Below are positions 1 to 9,507 of a stretch of DNA of 41,697 nucleotides, piece after piece; the first letter of the stretch is position 1; every line of letters starts with the position of its first letter. The position numbers and the translations under genes were made by a program. Location of the stretch: positions 1 to 41,697 of the forward strand of contig VAYJ01000060.1 of the NCBI GenBank assembly GCA_005888465.1, in the 5' to 3' direction. This stretch comes from Actinomycetota bacterium. Lineage in GTDB: Bacteria > Actinomycetota > UBA4738. The notes beneath the pieces are model-generated. The model did not search any database and was not told where the DNA came from. It was given only the letters and a program-made list of their open reading frames with translations.

Positions 1-56
1 ATCCCGACATCATGAGCGATCTCATGAAGAACCTCGGCGGGCTGGGGGTCATGTGA
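1..56 (+). CDS. 3' end of an upstream gene (partial, product not identifiable)
   Basis: An open frame runs in from the window edge (...PDIMSDLMKNLGGLGVM*). Its TGA at 54-56 overlaps the GTG start of the next gene (GTGA). Confidence 0.3.
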   Translation, partial: PDIMSDLMKNLGGLGVM

Positions 57-1000
57 CGCCGAACGAGCTGGAGCTCCCCGAGAGCCGGTGGGTGGACCTG
101 CGGGGGCCCGTCCACTACCTCGAGTGGCCCGGCCCGGGCGGCGCGCCGGCCTTCGTCTGCCTCCACGGCCTGGGCGGGTCGCTCCTGAACTGGGCGCTCG
201 TCGCACCCGGCCTCGCCGAGCGGGGACGGGTGCTGGCGGTCGACCTGGCCGGGTTCGGCCTCACGCCTCCGGCCGGCCGGCGAACGAGCGTCGGCGCGAA
301 CTGGAAGCTCCTGCACGAATTCCTGCGAACGGTGGAGGTCGGCCCCGCGATCCTGGTCGGCAACTCCATGGGCGGGATGATCGCGATGATCGAGGCGGCG
401 CACGCGCCGGAGCGCGTGCACGCCCTGGTTCTGGCCGATGCCGTATTCCCGCGGACGGCGCGGCTCGACGGCCAGTTCCGCCCGCGGACGTCGCTCCTGT
501 TCGCCATCTACAACAGTCGGCGGGTGGGCCTGCGGGTCCTCAACCGCATCGCCGAGCGCCTGGGGCCGGAGGGGCTCGTTCGCGAAGCGCTCCGGGTCTC
601 CGCCGCCGATCCCGGTTCGATCGACCCACGGCTCGTCCAGGCGATCGTCGAGCTCACCGCCACGCGGAATACGTTCGAGCACGCTGGACCGGCGTTCATC
701 GAGGCCGCGCAGTCGATCTTCCAGGCGCAGGTCCGTCCCGCGAAGTTCCGGGCGCTCGTACGCGCGATCTCGGCGCCGACACTCGTCGTGCACGGCGCAC
801 TGGACCAGCTGGTGCCGGTCGGTGCGGCCGTCGCAGCGGCGGAGTCCCATCGGAACTGGAAGCTCGTGGTCTTCGACGACCTCGGCCACGTCCCGCAGAT
901 GGAGGCGCCGGAACGGTTCCTGGGCGCCGTGCGGACGTGGCTCGACGACTACTTGCCGGCCGACTTGCGAAGGGACGCGAGCGACTCCTCCATCGCCTGA
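53..1000 (+). CDS. alpha/beta-fold hydrolase
   Basis: 315-aa ORF with an HGLGGS motif, a GNSMGG nucleophile elbow (G-x-S-x-G) and a C-terminal D..LGH. Composition is coding-like, unlike the overlapping Arg-rich ORFs. Confidence 0.85.
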   Translation: MTPNELELPESRWVDLRGPVHYLEWPGPGGAPAFVCLHGLGGSLLNWALVAPGLAERGRVLAVDLAGFGLTPPAGRRTSVGANWKLLHEFLRTVEVGPAILVGNSMGGMIAMIEAAHAPERVHALVLADAVFPRTARLDGQFRPRTSLLFAIYNSRRVGLRVLNRIAERLGPEGLVREALRVSAADPGSIDPRLVQAIVELTATRNTFEHAGPAFIEAAQSIFQAQVRPAKFRALVRAISAPTLVVHGALDQLVPVGAAVAAAESHRNWKLVVFDDLGHVPQMEAPERFLGAVRTWLDDYLPADLRRDASDSSIA

Positions 1001-2340
1001 GCGAGCACGGCGATGTCGGGGAGCGTGTCCCAGTCCGCGGTGATCCCGAAGGCCATCGTGCCCGCCAGGCTCGTGACGGCGATCGAGAGGCCCATGTGCT
1101 CGGCGATCGGCATGATCGGGTACTGCGCGAGCAGCTTCGCGCCCGCGATGTACATGGGCACCTGCGGGCCGGGGACGTTCGAGACGACGAGGTTGATGAG
1201 TCGTGCCCGTGACGCTGCGCGCGCCGCCATCGCGTGGATGGTCGGTGGCGCCCACGTCCCGATGTTGATGAGGAATTCCGCGCCGACGGCCGTGTTCGAC
1301 TCCTTCAGGTAGCGCGTGCGATCCGTGATCTGCCGCAGGCGACGCTTCGCGCCCATCTCGCCGATGGGCAGGTCGACGAACATCGAGGACACGCGGTTGC
1401 CGAGCGCCGTCCGCTCGGAGTCGGCGCGCACCGAGATCGGGACCATGGCCCGCAGCACGCGGTCGCGCGTCGGCTCGCCGCGGGCCTGCAGCAGGCCGTG
1501 CAGCCCGCCTGCCGCGGTGGCGAGCACCACGTCGTTCACCGTCCCGCCGAGCGCGTTCTTGACGTCCTTGAGCGTCTGCACAGGCGCTTCGACCATCGCG
1601 AACCGCCGGTTGGGCCCGACCGGTCGGTTGAACGGGCCCTCCGGCGCGAGGACGCCCCCGCCCAGGATCTCACGAAGGCCGCCGAGCACCTCGCCGATCT
1701 GCGCCGCGACGCGCGACGGCGCCTGCAGCGCTCGGTTCGCGAACTGCACGAGGCCCCCCAGGGGATGCGTGATGCCCTCACGGATGGCGTCACCCAGGAG
1801 CGTCGCGCGGTCCGGCTCCGGCTCCGGCTCCCACGGCGGCGGCGTGAGGACGTGCGCGGACGGCGCGAAGTCGTACATCGCCGACGCGAGGTCGATGGCG
1901 GCGATCCCGTCGACCATCGCGTGATGGACCTTCGTGAGGATCGCGGCGAGGCCGTCCTGCATGCCCTCGATCAGGTACAGCTCCCAGAGCGGCTTGGTGC
2001 GATCGAGCGGCCGCGAGATTACGCGTTGCACGTAGTCGATCAGCTCGGCCCGTCCGCCCGGCGAGGGTAGCGCCGCCCGGCGCATGTGGAAGTCGAGGTC
2101 GAAGTTCGCGTCGTCGACCCAGAGCGGACGAACCGTGTTGATCGGCGGGAACACGACCTTCTGGCGGAACCGCGGCGCGAGGTGCAGGCGCGACCCGATG
2201 ACCGCGACGAGGTCGGCGAACCGAAGCGCGCCGCCGGGCACCGTCGAAGGATCGACGATCGCGAGCCCCCCGACGTGCTGGTGCACGCTCGGGGTCTCGA
2301 GATAGAGGAAGGACGCGTCCTGCGGTCCGAGCCGCTCCAC
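949..2340 (-). CDS. wax ester synthase / diacylglycerol acyltransferase (WS/DGAT family)
   Basis: Carries the HHAMVDG (HHxxxDG) catalytic motif, an N-terminal LGPQDASFLYLE and a C-terminal SNVPGP. The listed 702-aa ORF is over-extended across the EamA gene. GTG at 2338-2340 gives a family-typical 463 aa. Confidence 0.85.
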   Translation of the reverse strand: MERLGPQDASFLYLETPSVHQHVGGLAIVDPSTVPGGALRFADLVAVIGSRLHLAPRFRQKVVFPPINTVRPLWVDDANFDLDFHMRRAALPSPGGRAELIDYVQRVISRPLDRTKPLWELYLIEGMQDGLAAILTKVHHAMVDGIAAIDLASAMYDFAPSAHVLTPPPWEPEPEPDRATLLGDAIREGITHPLGGLVQFANRALQAPSRVAAQIGEVLGGLREILGGGVLAPEGPFNRPVGPNRRFAMVEAPVQTLKDVKNALGGTVNDVVLATAAGGLHGLLQARGEPTRDRVLRAMVPISVRADSERTALGNRVSSMFVDLPIGEMGAKRRLRQITDRTRYLKESNTAVGAEFLINIGTWAPPTIHAMAARAASRARLINLVVSNVPGPQVPMYIAGAKLLAQYPIMPIAEHMGLSIAVTSLAGTMAFGITADWDTLPDIAVLAQAMEESLASLRKSAGK

Positions 2341-2366
2341 CGAGCTCAGGCTACACCGCTGGAGGC

Positions 2367-3293
2367 CTAGGGAACCGGCGCCTCCTCGGGCGGCGGGCGC
2401 CGCGCGACCGATGCGATCATGGCCCCCGCCAGGATCAGGACCCCACCGGCGACGACCCCCGGCCGGATCGATTGATGCAGGAAGATGGCGGCGAGCGTGG
2501 CCGCCGCCAGCGGTTCGGAGGCCGACACGATCGAGGTTCGGACCGCACCCAGACGTCGAAGCCCGGCGAACAGGCAGCCGAAGGCACCGGCGGTGAACAG
2601 TCCGGTCGCCAGCACCGGAACCCACTGATGCGCGCCGCTCGGCGCGTGGGCATTGCCGGAGAGGACCGCGAGGATCGCGAGGCCGGCGGCCGCCGACCCG
2701 CTCACCCACATCGCGCCGGCGAGCGAGCTCGTCCCCTTCAGCACCACGTCGGCCCCGATGAGATACAGCGAGAACGCGATCGCCGCGGCGAACGCGAAGA
2801 GCACACCGGTGCCGTCGATTTGGATCCCGTGCCCGGTCGCGACCACGAGGGCCGCCCCCGCGACCGCGCACGCGAGGGCGATCCCGAGCAGCTTTCCCGG
2901 GAGCCCCTTGCCGAGGGCAGCCGAGAGGAGCGAAACGAAGACGGGGTACGTGAAGAACAGGAGCGTCGCCGTCGCGGCCGTCCCGTGGCGAAGCGCCAAG
3001 AAGAACAGCGCCGACTCGGACGCGTACCCGAACATGCCGAGGAGAAACAGGCGCCATCCCTCACCGCGGGCGGCGCCGAGCGGGCTCCGCAGGGCGATCG
3101 CGGCGAGCGCCAGCAGGACAGCCGCCACGGCGAACCGAACCGCGAGGAACGACGGGATCGAGAGGCCCGAGTCGGTGATGACCTTCCCCAACACGACGAC
3201 GCTCCCGAACTGCGCCGCGGTGAGCGCGACGAGGCCAGCGCCTAGGAGGTCGGCCTTCCCTTCGTCGACACGTGGAGCCTGACGATTCCCCAT
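2367..3293 (-). CDS. EamA/DMT-family transporter
   Basis: 308 aa, almost entirely hydrophobic, with about 10 helix-length segments and a two-halves architecture typical of drug/metabolite transporters. Confidence 0.8.
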   Translation of the reverse strand: MGNRQAPRVDEGKADLLGAGLVALTAAQFGSVVVLGKVITDSGLSIPSFLAVRFAVAAVLLALAAIALRSPLGAARGEGWRLFLLGMFGYASESALFFLALRHGTAATATLLFFTYPVFVSLLSAALGKGLPGKLLGIALACAVAGAALVVATGHGIQIDGTGVLFAFAAAIAFSLYLIGADVVLKGTSSLAGAMWVSGSAAAGLAILAVLSGNAHAPSGAHQWVPVLATGLFTAGAFGCLFAGLRRLGAVRTSIVSASEPLAAATLAAIFLHQSIRPGVVAGGVLILAGAMIASVARRPPPEEAPVP

Positions 3294-4691
3294 TCAGGCC
3301 GGGACGCGCGGATGCTGAGGCCGGTAGCCGGCGGTCTCCTCCCACGTCGCGGCGAGCCGCAGCAGCGTCTCCTCCTGCCTCTCGTTCCCGACCAGGGTGA
3401 CGCCGATGGGCAGGCCCTCGGAGGATCGTCCGGCGGGCATGGAGATCGCGGGGAGGCCCGCAAGGTTGACCGAGCTCGTGAGCCAGCCGGGACCGATCTC
3501 GTTGATCGAGACGGTCCGTCCGCCGCCCAGATCGATCTCGGTCTGGTCGGCGAGCGGCGCCGGGTACGGCGAGGTCGGTATCAGCAGCGCGTCGAAGCCA
3601 TCCAGGCGCTCCCTGAACCAACGGGCGATCTCGCTACGCCGCCGGGTCGCCGCCGCCCGTTCGTCGGCCGAGAGGCCCTCGCCGATGTCCAGCCAGGCCT
3701 GGACCGACGGGCTGATCTGGTCGCGACGTTCCCGCAAGCGTGGATGCGCGGCGAAGAACTCTGGCGTGCACACCCGCAGCCACACCGAGCGAGCGTCCTC
3801 GATGCCGCGGCCGTCGACGGGCTCGGCCGGCACCTTCGCGGCGGCGAAGGTCGCTCGAACCTGCTCAAGTGCTGCGAGGACGTCCGGATGGATCGCCGTC
3901 GCGAAGAAGCCGTCGGGGACGCCGATGCGGAACTGCCGCAGCAAGTAGCCGTCCCCGGCCGCGGGCTTCGCCGGCGCGCGCATGGCGAGGTACAGGAGCC
4001 GGAGATCGGCCACCGTCGACGCGAGCGGACCCGGGCAGTCGAGCGACGGCGCGAGCGGCATCATGCCGTCGGTCGGAAGCTGACCGGTGGTCGGCTTCAG
4101 GCCGAACGTCCCGCAGAACCCCGCCGGGATCCGGATGGAGCCGCCCGTGTCGGAACCGAGCGCGATCGGCACGATGCCGGCGGCGACGGCCGCCGCCGAG
4201 CCGCCGCTCGACCCGCCGGTCATGCGCCTGGGCGCCCATGGGTTCCCGGTCCGCCCGCACGCGGAGACGGTGTTCGTGCCGCCGGCCGCAAGCTCGTGCT
4301 GGTTGGTCTTGCCGAAAAAGATCGCCTCGGCCTCGCGCATGCGCGCGATCACGGTCGAGTCCTGCTCGCGCAGGTTGTCCCGATAGGCGGCGCAGCATCC
4401 GGTCGTTCGATAGCCGGCGACGTCGAAGAGGTCCTTGACGCCGAGCGGGACGAAGAGCAGCGGATGCTCGACGATCGGGCGCCACTCTGGGCGCGGGAGC
4501 GCGTCGATGCGCTTGGCCGCTTCGAGGGCGACATCGGCCCAGATCTCCGTGAACGCGTTGATCGAGGGTTGCCAGGCCTCGGCGCGTTCGAGGGCTCGCT
4601 GGACGATCTCGACGCAGAGCACGTGACCCTCCTCGAGGGCTCGGTCGACCTCGACCGCCGTCTCCAGCTCACCGTCCGGAATCAGGCTCAC
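3294..4691 (-). CDS. amidase (amidase-signature family, GatA-like)
   Basis: Has the GGSSGGSAAAVAAG and GSDTGGSIRIPA amidase-signature motifs. 465 aa. Its start overlaps the upstream stop (ATGA at 4688-4691). Confidence 0.9.
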   Translation of the reverse strand: MSLIPDGELETAVEVDRALEEGHVLCVEIVQRALERAEAWQPSINAFTEIWADVALEAAKRIDALPRPEWRPIVEHPLLFVPLGVKDLFDVAGYRTTGCCAAYRDNLREQDSTVIARMREAEAIFFGKTNQHELAAGGTNTVSACGRTGNPWAPRRMTGGSSGGSAAAVAAGIVPIALGSDTGGSIRIPAGFCGTFGLKPTTGQLPTDGMMPLAPSLDCPGPLASTVADLRLLYLAMRAPAKPAAGDGYLLRQFRIGVPDGFFATAIHPDVLAALEQVRATFAAAKVPAEPVDGRGIEDARSVWLRVCTPEFFAAHPRLRERRDQISPSVQAWLDIGEGLSADERAAATRRRSEIARWFRERLDGFDALLIPTSPYPAPLADQTEIDLGGGRTVSINEIGPGWLTSSVNLAGLPAISMPAGRSSEGLPIGVTLVGNERQEETLLRLAATWEETAGYRPQHPRVPA

Positions 4692-5467
4692 GAGAGCAGG
4701 AAGTCCCGGACCCGCTGCACGAGCTGCGGGATCGAGGTGTACAGCTGCATCCCGTCTTCGAACAGGATGAGCTCGGCGTTCGGCATGACGTTCACCAGGA
4801 TCCGGCCGATCTCGGCCGGGTGGATGGCGTCGCCCTCACGGCAGATGAGGAGCGTGGGCGCGGTCACGGCCCGCATCTGCTCGCGATTCTTGATCGGCTG
4901 GTCGTCGATGATCTCGCGGATCGCGCGCGGCACCCCGACAGGGTTGAGTTCCGCGGTGAGCTGGCGGTCGATGTCCCGCAGCCACGGGTACTCGGCGTAG
5001 TTCGCGAGGCGCTGCGGATCGGACAGGACCGCCTCGATCGCCTCCTCCCTGGTCTTGCCCTCGACGAGCTCGGCCGTGTGCAGCATCCGGTCGTGGTACT
5101 GGAACGGGAGGTCGAGGCCCGCGGGGAGCAGGAACAAGAGCTTCTCGAACCGGTCCGGGTCGTTCGCCACGACGTGGGTGATGGCGCCGGCGCCGAGCGA
5201 CGTGCCCATCGCCACCGTCGCGCCGTACGCATCGGCGACCGCCACGACGTCGCGACCGAAGTCGGCGAAGCGGTAGCCGCGCTCGGGCGAGGAGCTGTGG
5301 CCGTGTCCCCGGAAGCAGAAGCGAACCTGCGTGCCCGGCATGAGCGGCGTGAGCGCCGCCAGCTCGCCACAGGAGTTCGTGAGCCCGTGCGCCACGACCG
5401 CGACCGGGGCCCCCGCGCCGTCCACCTCGACGTGCAGGGTCGCGTCCTCGGTGACGATCTCAGGCAC
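4688..5467 (-). CDS. alpha/beta-fold hydrolase
   Basis: 259 aa with an AHGLTNS motif, a GTSLGAG nucleophile elbow and a late His. It is chained to its neighbours by overlaps. Confidence 0.8.
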   Translation of the reverse strand: MPEIVTEDATLHVEVDGAGAPVAVVAHGLTNSCGELAALTPLMPGTQVRFCFRGHGHSSSPERGYRFADFGRDVVAVADAYGATVAMGTSLGAGAITHVVANDPDRFEKLLFLLPAGLDLPFQYHDRMLHTAELVEGKTREEAIEAVLSDPQRLANYAEYPWLRDIDRQLTAELNPVGVPRAIREIIDDQPIKNREQMRAVTAPTLLICREGDAIHPAEIGRILVNVMPNAELILFEDGMQLYTSIPQLVQRVRDFLLS

Positions 5468-6200
5468 CGAATGAGCTTACCGGGGTCCCCACCAGGGTCG
5501 AGGTGTACTCGGTCACCCGGGCGAACTTCGCCGACTGCCGGCGGTCCACGTCGTGCACGATGAGGATCGCGAGGACGGCCGCCGCGATCTCGACGACGAT
5601 CGCCACTAGCTCGAACGTCTGGCCGTGGAGGAGCGCGCCGACCGACGTGGCGTTGCGGCTGACCGTCCGCCCGATCGACCCGATCACGGTTCGGCCGAGG
5701 AAAGCCGCCCACCACAGACCCACGAGCGCCGGCGTTCGCTGCGCGGCCCAATCAGCCACCCCTGTGGTCGGCTCGCTCGCCTTGACCAGCTCCCGCATCG
5801 TGAGATACGGAAACACGAAGTCGGCGAACGGGATGAACCACCATCCAACGACCCACCCGGGCGTGAACCGGAGGTTGCCCGCCCCCAGTGCACGGAGGTT
5901 GGCATGCGATCGGTGCTGCCAGACCAGCCAGACGATGAGGATGGCGAGCGTCACCAGTCCCCCGACGACTCCGACCGCGCGGAGCCGGTTGGAGTCATCG
6001 GCGACGCTCGCGAGGGAGCGCTCGCCGAGCTCGACCTGACGAAGCGCGTCGATGCGCGCGATCAGGAGGAACAGGCCGACGACGTCGACGAGACAGTCGG
6101 CGAGGAGGAGCCACGTCACCCACCGTGCGAGCGTATGGCCCGAACGATAGGAGCGAAGGTTCGCGGCCAGATCGGGCGCGGCGGCGCTCGCGTGCGGCAC
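5460..6200 (-). CDS. DUF4328-domain membrane protein
   Basis: Contains the motif GWVVGWWFIPFADFVFPYLTMRELVKASEP and several TM segments, both typical of DUF4328. Its first about 68 codons overlap the upstream ORF in another frame. Confidence 0.75.
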   Translation of the reverse strand: MPHASAAAPDLAANLRSYRSGHTLARWVTWLLLADCLVDVVGLFLLIARIDALRQVELGERSLASVADDSNRLRAVGVVGGLVTLAILIVWLVWQHRSHANLRALGAGNLRFTPGWVVGWWFIPFADFVFPYLTMRELVKASEPTTGVADWAAQRTPALVGLWWAAFLGRTVIGSIGRTVSRNATSVGALLHGQTFELVAIVVEIAAAVLAILIVHDVDRRQSAKFARVTEYTSTLVGTPVSSFGA

Positions 6201-6507
6201 CTCGACGGCCCGCGGCTCCCAGGCGAGGTAGTGGGAACGTGAGCACCGGGCCTCCGGGGCTCGTTCGATCCCAGATCCCGAAGAAGCCCGTGCCGAAGCC
6301 CAGGATGTAGTGGTCGCCCGAGTGACTGAAGCGGATCGCGCCTTCGCCCACTCTCGGGCCGGCCGGGGCAGGCGGCGCGGCGGGAACCTCGGGGATCGGC
6401 GGATCGACGGTCTGATCGCTCCTGCAGTACGAGCAGACGACCGCGTCAGCCGAGATATCCTCGGCGCAGTACCGGCACCGCTTCATCGAAGGATCCATCG
6501 ACCCCAC
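5995..6507 (-). CDS. zinc-ribbon protein; only about the first 90 aa look coding, the 3' part looks off-frame
   Basis: Has CRYC...CSYC zinc-ribbon cysteines, a Pro-rich linker, then GAIRFSHSGDHYILGFGTGFFGIWDR. After ...TFPLP the sequence becomes Arg-rich shadow and overlaps the DUF4328 gene by 206 nt. Confidence 0.5.
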   Translation of the reverse strand: MGSMDPSMKRCRYCAEDISADAVVCSYCRSDQTVDPPIPEVPAAPPAPAGPRVGEGAIRFSHSGDHYILGFGTGFFGIWDRTSPGGPVLTFPLPRLGAAGRRGAARERRRARSGREPSLLSFGPYARTVGDVAPPRRLSRRRRRPVPPDRAHRRASSGRARRALPRERRR

Positions 6508-6530
6508 GTCGAGCGGAGCTTAGCCTTTCC

Positions 6531-8369
6531 CTAGTCCCGGGCAAGCGCCTCGCGAACTGCGTCGGCGATGCGCGCGGCGGAGATGCCTGCCCACTCGCGA
6601 AGCTCCTCCGCGGATCCCGAGCCGGCCATTTCCGTGACGCCCAGCTTCAGCACGCGCCCGCCGACCGGGTGGCCCCCTGATGCGAGCGCCTCCAGGACCG
6701 CGTCACCGAGCCCGCCCTGCACCCAGTGGTCCTCGACGGTGACAATGAGGCCGGTGCGATCCATCGCCTCGCGGAGCGTCGCCGCGTCGATGGGCTTGAT
6801 CGAATACGCGTCCACGACGCGGACCGCGATGCCCTTGGCCGCGAGCGCGTCGGCGGCCGCGATCGATTCGAACAGCGTGATCCCCGCGGCCACGATCGTC
6901 GCCTGATCGGCCGTCGACGAACGAACGACCTTGCTGCCACCGATCGGGAACGCGTCGCCCGGGTCGTAGAGGACGGGCGTCTTCTCCCGCGTCGTGCGCA
7001 GGTAGGAGATGCCGGGATGATCCGCCATCGCGGCCACGAGCTGCGCGGTGGCGTTCGCGTCGGCCGGGTAGAGCACGGTCGAGCCGTGCACGGCGCGCAT
7101 CATCGCGAGGTCCTCGAGCGCCATCTGCGACGGGCCGTCCTCGCCGATCGAGACGCCGGCGTGCGACCCGCACAGGCGCAGGTTCGCGCGGCTGATCGCC
7201 GCCATCCGGACGAAGTCGTAGGCGCGTGTGAGGAACGCGCCGAACGTGGCGGCGAACGCGACCTTCCCCATCGCCTGCAGCCCGACGGCGGCGCCAACCA
7301 TGTTCTGCTCGCCGATGTACATCTCGAAGAAGCGCTCCGGCGCCGCCTTCTGGAAGTCCTCGGTGTGGGTCGAGTTCCCCACCTCGCCGTCGAGCACGAC
7401 GATGTCGGGACGCGCGGCGAGGGCGGCGAGGCTCTCGCCGAACGCCTTGCGCGTTGCCTGCGGCGCATCGTACGAGGGGAGCGCCACACCGACCCCTCGC
7501 GCGGGGACCGGCGAGACGTGCTCGGGCTTGGGCGGCGTGATCGTGATCGAACGCTCCCCGCCCAGCTCCTCGATCGCTTGCTTCGCCTGCTGCTCGTCGA
7601 GGGCCTTGCCGTGCCAGCCCTCCTGGTCTGCCAGAAACGACACGCCGTTGCCCTTGACCGTTCTGGCGACGATCAGCGTGGGCAAGCTGCCGTCGGATGC
7701 CTCTCGGTAGGCCCGGTCGATCTCGGCCACGTCGTGCCCGTCGATCTCGATCGCGCGCCAGCCGAACGCCCGCGCTCGGGCCGCGTAGTCCTCACCGTCC
7801 CACTGCAGCATGGTCGGGCCGCGCTGGCCGAGCCGGTTCATGTCCAGCATCGCGACCAGGTTCCGCACCTGGTGGAAGGACGCGTTCGCCATCGCCTCCC
7901 AGACCGACCCCTCGACGATCTCCGAGTCGCCCATCAGGACCCAGACGCGGCCGGGCAGCTCGTCCAGACGCATGGCGAGCGCCATCCCGAGCCCGACCGG
8001 GAGTCCCTGCCCGAGCGAACCGGTCGCCACGTCTACCCACGGCATCTCGGGCACCGGCACGGGGTGGCCCTGCACCGGCGAGCCGAACGTCCGAAACGTC
8101 AGTAGCTCCGCGTCCGAGATCGCCCCGATCGCCTTGAACATGGAGAACAGGAGCGGCGAGGCGTGGCCCTTCGACAGCACGAACCGGTCGTTCCCCAGGG
8201 CCTTCGGATCCTCGACGTCGTAGCGGAGGTGGTCCGCGAACAGCACCGCGAGCAGGTGCGCGGCCGACATCGAGGACGTGGGGTGGCCCGACCCCGCAGC
8301 GGTCGAGGCGCGGATGCTGTCCACGCAGAGCTGCGCCGCCAACTCGTTCCACTCGTGCGTCTTCTCCAT
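6531..8369 (-). CDS. tkt: transketolase (about 610-aa single-chain type)
   Basis: Has GSGHPTSSMSAAHL, GDSEIVEGSVWEA and EDGPSQMALEDL motifs. ATG at 8367-8369 is preceded by a GGAGGG ribosome-binding site, and the 17 codons upstream in the track ORF are unnecessary. Confidence 0.9.
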   Translation of the reverse strand: MEKTHEWNELAAQLCVDSIRASTAAGSGHPTSSMSAAHLLAVLFADHLRYDVEDPKALGNDRFVLSKGHASPLLFSMFKAIGAISDAELLTFRTFGSPVQGHPVPVPEMPWVDVATGSLGQGLPVGLGMALAMRLDELPGRVWVLMGDSEIVEGSVWEAMANASFHQVRNLVAMLDMNRLGQRGPTMLQWDGEDYAARARAFGWRAIEIDGHDVAEIDRAYREASDGSLPTLIVARTVKGNGVSFLADQEGWHGKALDEQQAKQAIEELGGERSITITPPKPEHVSPVPARGVGVALPSYDAPQATRKAFGESLAALAARPDIVVLDGEVGNSTHTEDFQKAAPERFFEMYIGEQNMVGAAVGLQAMGKVAFAATFGAFLTRAYDFVRMAAISRANLRLCGSHAGVSIGEDGPSQMALEDLAMMRAVHGSTVLYPADANATAQLVAAMADHPGISYLRTTREKTPVLYDPGDAFPIGGSKVVRSSTADQATIVAAGITLFESIAAADALAAKGIAVRVVDAYSIKPIDAATLREAMDRTGLIVTVEDHWVQGGLGDAVLEALASGGHPVGGRVLKLGVTEMAGSGSAEELREWAGISAARIADAVREALARD

Positions 8370-8395
8370 CGGATCCCTCCGGACTCGTCCTCGCG

Positions 8396-8412
8396 GAATG
8401 CGGGACGCATTC
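8396..8412. promoter_or_regulatory. 7-bp inverted repeat GAATGCG-GGA-CGCATTC in the divergent tkt / LLM-oxidoreductase intergenic region
   Basis: Perfect palindrome read directly from the sequence, 27-43 nt upstream of the tkt start and 54-70 nt upstream of the 8466 start. Confidence 0.25.
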
Positions 8413-8465
8413 TCTCCCACCTTACCCGGCCCCGCGAGTCATGGGGTTCCGGGTAGGGTTCCCGC

Positions 8466-9503
8466 GTGGCCGTGCACATCGGGATCGGGCTCTTCACCGC
8501 GCAAGTGCCGCCCGGAAGCGACCGCACGTTCACGCAGGAGTACCGCGAGGCGCTCGATCTCGTTCGCCTGGCGGAGACCCTCGGGTTCGACTCAGCGTGG
8601 GTGAGCGAGCACCATGGCGCCGGTGATGGCTACCTCGCGTCGCTGCTCCCGACCCTTGCGGCGTTCGCCGCGGCGACCGAGCGCATCCGGCTCGGGACGG
8701 GTGTGGTGCTCACGCCGTTCCACCACCCGCTCCGCCTGGCCGAGGACGCGGCGGCGGTCGATCTCCTGTCCGGCGGGCGGCTCATCCTGGGGCTCGGGAT
8801 GGGCTGGCGAGAGGAAGAGTTCCGCATGTTCGGCGTGCCGATCGGCGAGCGCCTCCGGCGAACGATCGAGACGATCGACATCCTCAGGCTGGCCTGGACC
8901 GGGGAGCGGTTCTCCTACGAGGGTCGTGCGTTCTCCTTCGACCAGGTGCAGGTCAGGCCGCCGCCCGCGCGTCCCGGGGGCCCGCCGATCTTCCTCGGCG
9001 GGAGCGCCGAGGCCGCGGTCCGGCGCGCGGGCCGCATCGCCGACGGGTACATCCGCACCCGGGGCGGTGGCGTCGAACGGATGCGCGAGGACGCGCACGT
9101 GCTCGACCAGGCCATTCGCGACGCGGGCCGGGACGTGCACTCGGTCGCGTTCGCGCAGCTGCAGAACGCGTTCGTCTGGGAGGACGGAGACGCCTGGGAG
9201 GTGGTGCGCCAGGGCGCGGCGGCGCACATCGGCGTCTACGGCGGATGGGATCAGGGGAGTGACACGCCGGGCAAGGGCTTCTTCATCGTGCCGCCGAACG
9301 ACGAGACGCTTCGGCGCGTGACGCCCGCCGGGACACCCCGCGAGGTGCTGCATGCCCTTCGCCCGATCGTCGAGGCGTTCGGGGGCCGCGACGAGTTCCA
9401 CCTGGTCGTGCGGCTGCACTACCCGGGGATGGACTTCGACACGTCGGCTCGGTCCGTCGAGCTGTTCGCGGAGAAGGTCCTGCCATCGCTGAAGGGCTCG
9501 TGA
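8466..9503 (+). CDS. LLM-class (luciferase-like) flavin/F420-dependent oxidoreductase
   Basis: 345 aa. The sequence FDSAWVSEHHG...RIRLGTGVVLTPFHHPLRLAEDAAAVDLLSGGRLILGLGMGW is typical of luciferase-like monooxygenases. GTG start. Confidence 0.85.
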   Translation: MAVHIGIGLFTAQVPPGSDRTFTQEYREALDLVRLAETLGFDSAWVSEHHGAGDGYLASLLPTLAAFAAATERIRLGTGVVLTPFHHPLRLAEDAAAVDLLSGGRLILGLGMGWREEEFRMFGVPIGERLRRTIETIDILRLAWTGERFSYEGRAFSFDQVQVRPPPARPGGPPIFLGGSAEAAVRRAGRIADGYIRTRGGGVERMREDAHVLDQAIRDAGRDVHSVAFAQLQNAFVWEDGDAWEVVRQGAAAHIGVYGGWDQGSDTPGKGFFIVPPNDETLRRVTPAGTPREVLHALRPIVEAFGGRDEFHLVVRLHYPGMDFDTSARSVELFAEKVLPSLKGS

Positions 9504-9507
9504 GCGG

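Noticed and set aside
2341-3057. The N-terminal 239 codons of the 702-aa ORF 949..3057 (-)
   Set aside because: This part is Arg/Gly/Pro-rich text lying antisense and out of frame over the well-supported EamA gene. The WS/DGAT homology begins at the GTG at 2338-2340.
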